Shown here: positions 8,352 through 16,100 of the stretch, in pieces | Position numbering within the stretch: position 1 is the first letter of the stretch | Layout: the number at the start of each line of letters is the position of its first letter | IMG/VR virus record: IMGVR_UViG_3300023179_000037 | Coordinates: 32,001 to 96,000 of that record | Source: a virus | Reading direction: 5' to 3' (one strand) | Length of the DNA: 64,000 bases | Notes under the pieces: model-generated | What the model was told of the DNA's origin: nothing | The model's input: the letters and a program-made list of their open reading frames with translations, nothing else | Databases searched by the model: none | Position numbers and translations under genes: made by a program

Positions 8352-9413
8352 ATGTCTCTATTAGAAAAATTAAAAAAGAATTCTACAATAAAGGAAACAG
8401 AAGTATTGGACAAGTCCAAATTCTTTTTGAAAAAGGATATGATTCAAACTTCTGTACCAATGATAAATGTTGCTTTATCGGGATCTTTAGAAGGAGGATT
8501 GTCGCCGGGACTTACAGTATTTGCCGGCCCATCCAAGCATTTTAAAACCGCGTTTTCTTTACTATGTGCAAAGGCTTATTTAGACAAATATGAAGATGCT
8601 ATTATTTTATTTTACGATTCTGAGTTTGGTAGCCCTCAGTCTTATTTTGATAACTTCAGTATCGACACATCCCGTGTTCTTCATACGCCCATAACTGATA
8701 TTGAGCAATTAAAATTTGATAGTATGCAACAGATCAATAATATTGAGCGCGGAGATCACGTAATGATTGTAGTTGATTCTGTAGGCAATCTTGCATCCAA
8801 GAAAGAAGTAGAAGATGCTTTAGAAGGCAAATCGGTTGCGGACATGACACGTGCTAAACAAATGAAATCTTTGTTTAGAATGATTACCCCACATCTAACA
8901 ATCAAAGATATCCCAATGGTTGTAGTTAACCACACATATTCGGAAATAGGATTATTTCCGAAACAAATTGTTTCCGGTGGCACTGGATTAGTTTACTCAG
9001 CAGATAATATTTTCATTATTGGACGCCAACAAGAAAAAGATGGTGCTGATGTAGTAGGGTTTAACTTTATTATAAATGTAGAGAAATCTAGATTCGTCAG
9101 AGAAAAATCTAAAATTCCGATCGAGGTATCTTTTGAGGGTGGTATCAGCACATGGTCGGGTCTACTTGATGTTGCTATGGATGGTGGATTTGTTGTTAAA
9201 CCTAGTAACGGTTGGTATTCGCATAAAGGGACTGAAAAGAAACATAGACATAAGGATACGTATACTAAAGAGTTTTGGATGCCTATTTTAACTAGCAAAG
9301 AGTTCCGAGATTATATAGAATCAAGATTTAAAATTGCTGGTACAGATATGTTACAAACAAGATTAACAGATGAGGATTTAGACCAGGAGTTTGATAATGC
9401 TAGTGAAGTATGA
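8352..9413 (+). CDS. uvsX: UvsX RecA-like recombinase
   Basis: Walker A GPSKHFKT, YDSEFG, DSVGNLASKKE, SGG; T4 synteny 43-uvsX-40-41. Confidence 0.95.
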   Translation: MSLLEKLKKNSTIKETEVLDKSKFFLKKDMIQTSVPMINVALSGSLEGGLSPGLTVFAGPSKHFKTAFSLLCAKAYLDKYEDAIILFYDSEFGSPQSYFDNFSIDTSRVLHTPITDIEQLKFDSMQQINNIERGDHVMIVVDSVGNLASKKEVEDALEGKSVADMTRAKQMKSLFRMITPHLTIKDIPMVVVNHTYSEIGLFPKQIVSGGTGLVYSADNIFIIGRQQEKDGADVVGFNFIINVEKSRFVREKSKIPIEVSFEGGISTWSGLLDVAMDGGFVVKPSNGWYSHKGTEKKHRHKDTYTKEFWMPILTSKEFRDYIESRFKIAGTDMLQTRLTDEDLDQEFDNASEV

Positions 9414-9690
9414 ACCATGGAATATTGAAGATACTACTTGGGGTATAGAAATTGTAGAAGGAGAATTCAAGGGAACAAAAATTAGTATTAATGATATTTC
9501 TATGCCAAAAGAAAATGGGGATGAGATGTTATTAGATTTTAATTTTATAAAAATACCTGAGGGAAAGACTGATCAAGATATGAATTCCGATGAATTTAAT
9601 ATTACAATAAATTTTATTCTCAACGATATCTTAACTAAAGCTATAGATGAATTTCAAAATAGAAACCGTAATACTTCAAAATCTGATTAA
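9397..9690 (+). CDS. 40: gp40-like head vertex assembly chaperone
   Basis: Position between uvsX and 41 with overlaps on both sides; size; SD AGGAG before ATG 9397. Confidence 0.55.
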   Translation: MLVKYEPWNIEDTTWGIEIVEGEFKGTKISINDISMPKENGDEMLLDFNFIKIPEGKTDQDMNSDEFNITINFILNDILTKAIDEFQNRNRNTSKSD

Positions 9691-10276
9691 TAACGAAGAA
9701 TACATGCGTAAAGTTATTCCGTTTTTAAAACGAGAATATTTTACTAGTAATATGGAGCAACAAATATATGATGAGGTAAAAAAATTTATAGATGAATACA
9801 ATACGTTGCCCAGCAGAGATGCGTTAGTTATTGCTTTTCAAAATAATAGAAACCTAAATGAAGAGCAATACAAAGAGGTAATAGAATATGTAAATACACT
9901 TGAAACGACAAACCACAATAAAGATTGGCTCTTGGATCAGACTGAAAAATTTTGCAAAGACAAAGCAATTTATAATGCAATACTGAGCTCTATTTCCATT
10001 ATTGATGGTCGTAATAAAAATTTATCTACAGATGGAATACCAAGTTTATTACAAGAAGCTCTTGCAGTATGTTTCGATAATAATGTAGGGCATGACTATA
10101 TTGACAATGCGAATGCTAGATATGATTTTTATCATAAGGTAGAGTCAAGAATACCCTTTGATCTTGATTATTTTAATAAGATCACTAATGGTGGTCTTCC
10201 TAATAAGACATTAAATGTAGTTTTAGCTGGGTGTGTACACCCCAATACTAAAGTTAGAATTCGTTTTAAAAAGTAG
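9647..10276 (+). CDS. 41: Replicative helicase gp41 N-terminal part fused to a 14-aa N-intein
   Basis: gp41-like FCKDKAIYNA, VGHDY, NKITNGGLPNKTLNVVLAG, then CVHPNTKVRIRFKK*. Confidence 0.92.
   Translation: MNFKIETVILQNLINNEEYMRKVIPFLKREYFTSNMEQQIYDEVKKFIDEYNTLPSRDALVIAFQNNRNLNEEQYKEVIEYVNTLETTNHNKDWLLDQTEKFCKDKAIYNAILSSISIIDGRNKNLSTDGIPSLLQEALAVCFDNNVGHDYIDNANARYDFYHKVESRIPFDLDYFNKITNGGLPNKTLNVVLAGCVHPNTKVRIRFKK
10232..10273 (+). mobile_element. Split intein N-fragment (14 aa)
   Basis: Begins with Cys1 inside the Walker A loop; block A-like CVHPNTKVRI; stop follows immediately. Confidence 0.85.
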
Positions 10277-10406
10277 CACCAAGGCGATATCCTTAATTGG
10301 TTTTCTCGTCCTCTTTGAACCCAAATAGCCCGTTTCTCTTTAGAAAAACCATGAAAACCTATTTTATTATCCCTGCAATATTCTATTTGTATTTTTAGGA
10401 GTTTTA
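10277..10406 (-). pseudogene. Possible remnant of an inverted free-standing endonuclease between intein halves
   Basis: Minus-strand open stretch QIEYCRDNKIGFHGFSKEKRAIW resembles phage HE DNA-binding repeats; lies where fractured gp41 loci carry endonucleases. Confidence 0.4.
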
Positions 10407-10793
10407 ATGAAAGATTGGATAGTAAAAGATGTAGAAATTCAAGAAATAAACAATCTTTTGCAACAAGGATATGAAGTTCAAGTTGATAGCCCCGATGGTT
10501 GGATAGATGTAGATCTATTTGTCGATAAGGGAATGTGGCCAGAATATGTTCTAAATACATCTAATGGATATATTGTTAAATGTAATGAAAATCATTTATT
10601 TGAAACAACCTCTGGTTGGGTAAGAGCCAAAGAATTATTGGATTTCCAATCTTCTCAGGTCATAACTGTTCTAACAGATAAAGGATGGCTTACTGCAAAT
10701 ATTGAAAAAACGAGTAACCTTATTCCCATAGTAGATATCAGAGTCAATCATCCAAACCATAGGTACTATACCAATGGAGTAAGTTCGCATAAT
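10407..10793 (+). mobile_element. Split intein C-fragment (mini-intein, no endonuclease)
   Basis: Terminal His-Asn (CAT AAT 10788-10793) followed by Thr+1; block B His present. Confidence 0.88.
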
Positions 10794-11609
10794 ACAGGTG
10801 TTGGAAAATCTTTATTTATGTGTCACGTTGCTGCATCTATTTTATCGCAAGGTAAAAATGTTCTGTATATTACTTTGGAGATGGCAGAGGAAAGAATTGC
10901 CGAAAGAATAGATGCCAATTTAATGAATATAACAATGGATCAATTAAAAGATTTACCTAAGCCGCTATTCACTAATAGAATAGAAAAAATACGAAATAAA
11001 ACTAATGGTAAATTAGTTATCAAAGAATATCCAACTACTAGCGCACACGTGGGACATTTTAAATCTTTACTTAACGAATTACAACTAAAAAGACAATTCA
11101 AACCCCATATAATTGTTGTAGATTATTTAAATATCTGCGCATCATCTAGATTTAAAGCTGGTGCTAATATAAATTCCTATACATTAATTAAATCTATTGC
11201 TGAAGAACTAAGAGGATTGGCAGTAGAAGAGAACTTACCCATTTTATCTGCGACTCAAACTACCAGAGGCGGGTATGGAAATACTGACGTTGAACTTACA
11301 GATACTTCAGAATCATTTGGTCTTCCTGCTACAGTTGATCTCATGTTTGCTCTTATTGCAACTGAAGAACTAGATCAATTAAATCAGATAATGGTCAAAC
11401 AACTTAAAAATAGATATAACGATCCAACAATAAATAAAAGATTCGTAATAGGTATTGATAGAGCAAAAATGAAATTATATGATTTGGAACAGACAGCACA
11501 AAAGGGTTTATCTGATTCTGGTATTAAGTTAGATGAGAATAAACTTGAGCAATATGATTTAAGTAATGTTTTTAAAAAATCCAGAGATTTTTCTGGTATC
11601 AAAATATAG
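10407..11609 (+). CDS. 41: C-intein (129 aa) fused to gp41 helicase C-terminal part
   Basis: SD AGGAG; Hint motifs KCNENHLF and IVDIRV..HRYYTNGVSSHN, then TGVGKS, ITLEM, VVDYLNIC, SESFGLPATVD, KQLKNRY. Confidence 0.92.
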   Translation: MKDWIVKDVEIQEINNLLQQGYEVQVDSPDGWIDVDLFVDKGMWPEYVLNTSNGYIVKCNENHLFETTSGWVRAKELLDFQSSQVITVLTDKGWLTANIEKTSNLIPIVDIRVNHPNHRYYTNGVSSHNTGVGKSLFMCHVAASILSQGKNVLYITLEMAEERIAERIDANLMNITMDQLKDLPKPLFTNRIEKIRNKTNGKLVIKEYPTTSAHVGHFKSLLNELQLKRQFKPHIIVVDYLNICASSRFKAGANINSYTLIKSIAEELRGLAVEENLPILSATQTTRGGYGNTDVELTDTSESFGLPATVDLMFALIATEELDQLNQIMVKQLKNRYNDPTINKRFVIGIDRAKMKLYDLEQTAQKGLSDSGIKLDENKLEQYDLSNVFKKSRDFSGIKI

Positions 11610-11617
11610 GAGGCAAC

Positions 11618-11773
11618 ATGCTTTTTCCGCACCCAAACAAACAAACAGTCCAAGAACAAATTGATGAAGAAAAATTACTTCTTAAAGAAGTATTAAATGA
11701 TAAACCAAAAAAAATTAAGAAGATAGAAGAAGAATTATTTAATCAAGAACCATCTTCTATATTAGATAAATAA
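11618..11773 (+). CDS. Hypothetical 51-aa protein
   Basis: SD AGGAGG; MLFPHPNKQTVQEQIDEEK... (manual translation). Confidence 0.55.
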   Translation: MLFPHPNKQTVQEQIDEEKLLLKEVLNDKPKKIKKIEEELFNQEPSSILDK

Positions 11774-11779
11774 TAGTAA

Positions 11780-11857
11780 CAGAAAGCTTGGGAAATAGAA
11801 GCATTTAAGTTAGAGGGGGAAATGTTAAATTATTTTAGGAGAAATACTGGTACATAA
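11780..11857 (+). pseudogene. Possible C-terminal fragment of a phage Zn-metallopeptidase-like gene
   Basis: Startless QKAWEIEAFKLEGEMLNYFRRNTGT*; WEIEA resembles the PWEIEA motif that follows HExxH in T4-like peptidases. Confidence 0.35.
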
Positions 11858-11873
11858 TTAAGAAAGGATTAGT

Positions 11874-12035
11874 ATGAACTCAATAACATTTACGTTAATT
11901 GACCTTGGACAAATTGCTTTACTATTGGCAGCATGTTATGGATGTTATATTAAGGGAGTTAATAAGGGAATAGGCGATACTTTAGAGTTCTTTGAGGAAC
12001 AAGGATTAATAGAAAAAGAAGAAATAAGCGAATAA
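11874..12035 (+). CDS. 53-aa small membrane-associated protein
   Basis: SD AAGGA; MNSITFTLIDLGQIALLLAACYGCYIKG... Confidence 0.6.
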   Translation: MNSITFTLIDLGQIALLLAACYGCYIKGVNKGIGDTLEFFEEQGLIEKEEISE

Positions 12036-12078
12036 TAGTTACGATGTTGTTTTTTCACAACACTAAGTACCCGAGCAT

Positions 12079-12107
12079 TTGACTCGGGTTACTTTTTCTA
12101 TTATAAT
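12079..12107 (+). promoter_or_regulatory. sigma70 early promoter, probably leaderless transcript
   Basis: TTGACT-17-TATAAT; ATG at 12114; inverted repeat ACCCGAG/CTCGGGT overlaps the -35. Confidence 0.75.
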
Positions 12108-12113
12108 AATGAT

Positions 12114-12494
12114 ATGAACTTAGAAATCGGAAAATTCGTAGAGCTCAAAATACGTCAATATTCTTATCTTTATAAGAATGAGGGGTGGATTGAGAAAACT
12201 ATAAAAGGACAAATCGTTCCTAATCCCAAATGGTTAGACGACGATTACGTTAGTATTTTGACAGATCAATCACATTTTCCTGTTTCAATGGTTTTTAAAC
12301 AAAACATTATAGGGCTAGATATAGCAAAAGGTAGAACTGCTAGTAGATTTTTTAATGTAAAATCAAAAAAGACAGGTAAACAATATAAAGTAATTTCAAG
12401 TAATGGTTCAGTTACTTGTGATTGTATTGGTTTTCAGTATCGTAAGTCATGTAAGCATTCATTGGCTGTAAAGAAATTTATTCAAAATGCTTGA
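12114..12494 (+). CDS. SWIM zinc-finger protein
   Basis: C-terminal CDCIGFQYRKSCKH (CxC...CxH). Confidence 0.75.
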   Translation: MNLEIGKFVELKIRQYSYLYKNEGWIEKTIKGQIVPNPKWLDDDYVSILTDQSHFPVSMVFKQNIIGLDIAKGRTASRFFNVKSKKTGKQYKVISSNGSVTCDCIGFQYRKSCKHSLAVKKFIQNA

Positions 12495-12519
12495 CATTGT
12501 ATACAAATGAATTTATAAT
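12491..12519 (+). promoter_or_regulatory. Consensus sigma70 promoter
   Basis: TTGACA 12491-12496, 17 nt, TATAAT 12514-12519. Confidence 0.85.
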
Positions 12520-12567
12520 TTAAGTGTAGTAGTTAATTTATTCAATTTTTTGAGAGGTAATATTATT

Positions 12568-12993
12568 ATGTCAGATTCATATTTCACAGTAGCGGGTGTT
12601 TCTACTCAAAATGGTTCCACTAAGGTTCGTTTTGCCAATGACCTAGCATCTCGTGTTAAATTGCTTGCAAGGGGTGGCCATAGTCCATTGGAACTTATTC
12701 AGCTTCCAACAGCAATGACGAAGGCAGAAGCTTGCCAATACTTGCTAGATTTTGGGGGTGTTTTTACGCAGTGGAACGCGCTTATCACAGAAACTATTGG
12801 TAAGAAATCCGGTGTTTCGGCTGTACATAAAGCTGCAGCAACATCTAAAGCGCCGAAAGTTGCTAAGGCGCAGGCAACGGTCAATGCTCCTGTTAAGACC
12901 AAAGCTGTAAAGCAACCCAAGATTGTCGTAGCCCCCAAAGCTGAAGACGAGGATCTTGAGATCGAAGAGCTGAAGCAAATTGCAGCCGTATAA
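12568..12993 (+). CDS. Early hypothetical protein with Ala/Lys/Pro-rich tail
   Basis: SD GAGG; FTVAGVS..KVRFAND domain; histone-like AKAPKVAK tail and acidic end. Confidence 0.7.
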   Translation: MSDSYFTVAGVSTQNGSTKVRFANDLASRVKLLARGGHSPLELIQLPTAMTKAEACQYLLDFGGVFTQWNALITETIGKKSGVSAVHKAAATSKAPKVAKAQATVNAPVKTKAVKQPKIVVAPKAEDEDLEIEELKQIAAV

Positions 12994-13086
12994 CGTCGGG
13001 AGACGTTAATTAAGGGGGAGCGGCATACAATGCCTGTTCTTAAATAACAATAGTGTGCCCAAATACGCATATCCATACCAACAATT

Positions 13087-13170
13087 ACCACCGAGCCCGA
13101 TATCGGTCTTCTAAATCGATCCTTAGATTCGGGTGGAAGGCATGAGGTTCGATTCCTCCCGGTGGTGCCA
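13087..13170 (+). ncRNA. Atypical tRNA-like RNA (anticodon UCU, Arg) lacking a D-arm
   Basis: Acceptor ACCACCG/CGGTGGT + G + CCA; T-arm GAGG-TTCGATT-CCTC; anticodon arm ATCGGT-CTTCTAA-ATCGAT; extra helix GCCCGA/TCGGGT. Confidence 0.65.
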
Positions 13171-13230
13171 AAACATAAAAAAACAAATGATATTGCTTGT
13201 TACTAATAACTAATTACTATAAAATAGAGC

Positions 13231-13788
13231 ATGAATAGAAATTTAGAGCATTACATGAAATTTTATCGAAATCATCTAAATAATGATTTGGTAAAAAGAA
13301 CAATGGGTGAATTACTAACTACTGATTATAATAAACATACATTTTACAATGTAACAAGTAATTCTAATCATTCGTATGATGACGATTTGTTTATAACTTA
13401 CAATACTTCAACATCTGACGAAATTATGAAAAGAATCTGGGAAGGAATTTATTCCTACTATCAAGATATGAATTTTTCTTGGTTTTCAGGTTGGAAAGGA
13501 TTTTCTAAAGTTAGATTTAACAAGTATCCTGTAGGAACAAATATGAAACCGCACTGCGACCATATACATAGTTTATTTGATGGTAGTATAAAAGGTATTC
13601 CTATTTTAAGTGTTTTAGGAAGCTTAAATGATGACTATGAAGGCGGTGAATTAATTTTTTTCGATAACCAAAAAATAGTATTAAATGCTGGTGACATAGT
13701 TATTTTTCCTTCTAATTTTTTATTTCCTCATGCTGTGAAAAATGTTACTAAAGGAACAAGATATAGTTTTGTATCTTGGGTTTGGTAA
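13231..13788 (+). CDS. 2OG-Fe(II) oxygenase (prolyl-hydroxylase-like)
   Basis: HCD, LNDDYEGGEL, FPSNFLFPHAV, RYSFVSW. Confidence 0.9.
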   Translation: MNRNLEHYMKFYRNHLNNDLVKRTMGELLTTDYNKHTFYNVTSNSNHSYDDDLFITYNTSTSDEIMKRIWEGIYSYYQDMNFSWFSGWKGFSKVRFNKYPVGTNMKPHCDHIHSLFDGSIKGIPILSVLGSLNDDYEGGELIFFDNQKIVLNAGDIVIFPSNFLFPHAVKNVTKGTRYSFVSWVW

Positions 13789-13793
13789 GTATT

Positions 13794-13876
13794 GGGGATG
13801 TGGTGAAATTGGTAGACACACCTGGTTTAAGCCCAGACGTTTCGACGTGAGAGTTCGAATCTCTCCATCCCCACCA
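13794..13876 (+). tRNA. tRNA-Leu(TAA)
   Basis: GGGGATG/CATCCCC acceptor, D-loop TGGTAG, anticodon TAA, long variable arm ACGT-TTCG-ACGT, TTCGAAT T-loop, encoded CCA. Confidence 0.92.
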
Positions 13877-13890
13877 ATAGGTTTCTTTGT

Positions 13891-13964
13891 GCGACCATAG
13901 CTCAGAGGTCAGCAGCGCCCGGCTCATAACCGGTGGGTCCCTGGTTCGAATCCAGGTGGTCGCA
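13891..13964 (+). tRNA. tRNA with CAT anticodon (Met or Ile2), no encoded CCA
   Basis: GCGACCA/TGGTCGC acceptor, CCGG-CTCATAA-CCGG anticodon arm, CCTGG-TTCGAAT-CCAGG T-arm; irregular D-stem. Confidence 0.75.
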
Positions 13965-13980
13965 CAAAGAAACTTATAGG

Positions 13981-13988
13981 TATAAATA
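13981..13988 (+). promoter_or_regulatory. T4-type late promoter
   Basis: Exact TATAAATA, intergenic, 28 nt before ATG 14017. Confidence 0.7.
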
Positions 13989-14016
13989 ACTAATTAAATT
14001 TTTACGAGGCAAAATT

Positions 14017-14589
14017 ATGGTAAGAGAATGGGTAGTTTTTGAAAAAGCATTTTCACCGGACGCATGCGACACTCTAATAGCTTTATGTAATATGTTGCCA
14101 AAAGAAAATGCCAATATTGGTCCCGCAGGCACTACGGTAAATGATGATTATCGAAAAAGTGATATTGCTTTTATACAAGTAGATAATACTAAATTTAGTG
14201 GTCTTTTCGACAGTTTGTGGAAATTAATTTGGGCATCAAATTCCCAATTTTTTGATTTTCATATTAGTAAATTAGACTTTATGCAGTATGCCGAATATAC
14301 AGCTGATAAGAAAAGTGAGTATAAAAAGCATCAAGATGTTTTTTGGATAAATAATGCTCCGTATTATCATAGAAAACTTACTGCTGTTCTACAATTAAGT
14401 GATGAAACCGCTTATGAGGGTGGAAATTTGGAATTTTATGATCTAAACGAAAACCCAGACAATACTATAGTCAGAAAACAAGGAAGTCTAATAATTTTTC
14501 CCTCTTTTTATTATCATTGTGTAACCCCTGTTACTAAAGGTAAAAGAGAAAGTATTACAGCTTGGGTTGATGGACCCAAATGGCGATAA
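14017..14589 (+). CDS. 2OG-Fe(II) oxygenase (PKHD-type)
   Basis: HQD, RKLTAVLQLS, YEGGNL, FPSFYYHCVTPVTKGKRES. Confidence 0.9.
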   Translation: MVREWVVFEKAFSPDACDTLIALCNMLPKENANIGPAGTTVNDDYRKSDIAFIQVDNTKFSGLFDSLWKLIWASNSQFFDFHISKLDFMQYAEYTADKKSEYKKHQDVFWINNAPYYHRKLTAVLQLSDETAYEGGNLEFYDLNENPDNTIVRKQGSLIIFPSFYYHCVTPVTKGKRESITAWVDGPKWR

Positions 14590-14592
14590 AGT

Positions 14593-15405
14593 ATGAATAT
14601 TCTAATCACCGGACATAAAGGGTTTATTGGTCAGAATATGGTGAAGGCATTATCTGATCATAATCTTTACTTTTATGAATGGGGAGATAATGTAAATATT
14701 AATGATATAAAAAAGTTAGATTGGGTTGTTCATCTTGGAGCCATAACTTCTACCACTGAAACTAATGTTGAAAAAGTATATAGACAAAACGTAGAATTTA
14801 CATTAGTTCTTAGTAAAATATGCAGAGAATTAAATATAAATTTACAATATGCAAGCTCTGCTAGTGTTTATGGCTCTAACACAAATTTTGAGGAAAATGC
14901 GCCAAAATCTCCTCAAAGCCCATATGCCTGGTCAAAATTTTTAATAGACAAGTATATGGACGGAATGTATTTTAAAAACAAACAAAATATTATTGTACAA
15001 GGTTTAAGATATTTTAATGTCTATGGTCCCCACGAAGACCATAAAGGTGATCAAGCTAGTCCTTTCTTTAAATTTAAAAAACAAGCAGAAGAGACAGGAG
15101 TGATAACTATTTTTGAAAATAGTGAAAACTATAGAAGAGATTTCATTCATGTAGATACAGTATGTAATATTCACAAAATAATGTTAAGAAAAGAAGTATC
15201 AGGAATTTTTAATGTCGGTATGGGGGACACTAAATCTTTTCTAGAGATTGCAAAAGAGATTGCAGATGTATATAATGCAAAAATAGAATTTATTCCTATG
15301 CCAGAAAATATTAAAAGGCAGTATCAAGCTTATACTTGTGCAGATGTAACTAAACTAAATGAGGTATTAAATGGCACGAATAACGTCGGAAGTGGCATCG
15401 AATAA
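14593..15405 (+). CDS. NAD-dependent epimerase, ADP-L-glycero-D-manno-heptose-6-epimerase (HldD/RfaD)-like
   Basis: TGHKGFIG, HLGAITSTTE, YASSASVYG, YAWSK, RYFNVYGPHE.HKG, YQAYTCAD. Confidence 0.85.
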   Translation: MNILITGHKGFIGQNMVKALSDHNLYFYEWGDNVNINDIKKLDWVVHLGAITSTTETNVEKVYRQNVEFTLVLSKICRELNINLQYASSASVYGSNTNFEENAPKSPQSPYAWSKFLIDKYMDGMYFKNKQNIIVQGLRYFNVYGPHEDHKGDQASPFFKFKKQAEETGVITIFENSENYRRDFIHVDTVCNIHKIMLRKEVSGIFNVGMGDTKSFLEIAKEIADVYNAKIEFIPMPENIKRQYQAYTCADVTKLNEVLNGTNNVGSGIE

Positions 15406-15595
15406 AATTGGTAGTAAATATGACATGATTTTAATTGCTGCGGTTCGAGCAAGAGAACTGTCAAGGGGATATAAATCTACATTAGGAGAAAAAAATAGGC
15501 CTATTGTTACTGCCATTAAAGAAATTGAACAAGGTATAATTGGCAGAGAATATCTTAGGAAAGTAAAAAATGCTTCAAAAACAAAAAGGAAGTAA
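15371..15595 (+). CDS. rpoZ: RNA polymerase omega subunit homolog
   Basis: MARIT...KYDMILIAAVRAREL...PIVTAIKEIEQG matches the omega pattern. Confidence 0.85.
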   Translation: MARITSEVASNKIGSKYDMILIAAVRARELSRGYKSTLGEKNRPIVTAIKEIEQGIIGREYLRKVKNASKTKRK

Positions 15596-15737
15596 AACAG
15601 TTTGTATTCATTCTAGAACTTTTGGTGGTTATAGATTATTTTTATATAATGCGTATTATGATTCCCAGGAAGAATTATACTTCGAATCATTAGAACAAGC
15701 AGAAGATTATGCAAATATTTGGCTAACTTCAGATTGA
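15570..15737 (+). CDS. Hypothetical 55-aa protein
   Basis: SD AGGA; MLQKQKGSKTVCIH...LEQAEDYANIW (manual translation). Confidence 0.55.
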   Translation: MLQKQKGSKTVCIHSRTFGGYRLFLYNAYYDSQEELYFESLEQAEDYANIWLTSD

Positions 15738-15762
15738 CATCTATATCAAATAATATTAAAAT
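15734..15762 (+). promoter_or_regulatory. sigma70 promoter
   Basis: TTGACA 15734-15739, 17 nt, TAAAAT 15757-15762. Confidence 0.75.
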
Positions 15763-15817
15763 AAGAAATGGTGACATTCGCACACCTTAATGCGAATTTT
15801 TTTTAAATGGAGTAATT

Positions 15818-16066
15818 ATGCTTAAAACTCGTGTATTGAAAGTACTACAATCTGGTCATCAGTTTACCCCAGCACAACTTGCAGGTTTGACAAATTCTTC
15901 TGAAGACAGCATTCGCCCTCGTATTAGCGAGCTTCGTTCTGAAGGATATGCTATCTATACCAATACCACTAAAAATGGAAAATCAGCATATCGTCTTGGT
16001 AAACCAAGTCGTGCTATGGTAGCTGCTGCATATAAACAAGCAGGCAGTGAAGCATTTTCAGCCTAA
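15818..16066 (+). CDS. Winged helix-turn-helix DNA-binding protein
   Basis: TPAQLA...SIRPRISELRSEGYAI..YRLG. Confidence 0.8.
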   Translation: MLKTRVLKVLQSGHQFTPAQLAGLTNSSEDSIRPRISELRSEGYAIYTNTTKNGKSAYRLGKPSRAMVAAAYKQAGSEAFSA

Positions 16067-16073
16067 TTGATAT

Positions 16074-16097
16074 GCCGAGGGACTCCCTCGGCTTTTT
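16074..16097 (+). terminator. Intrinsic terminator
   Basis: GCCGAGGG-ACT-CCCTCGGC followed by TTTTT. Confidence 0.8.
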
Positions 16098-16100
16098 ACT

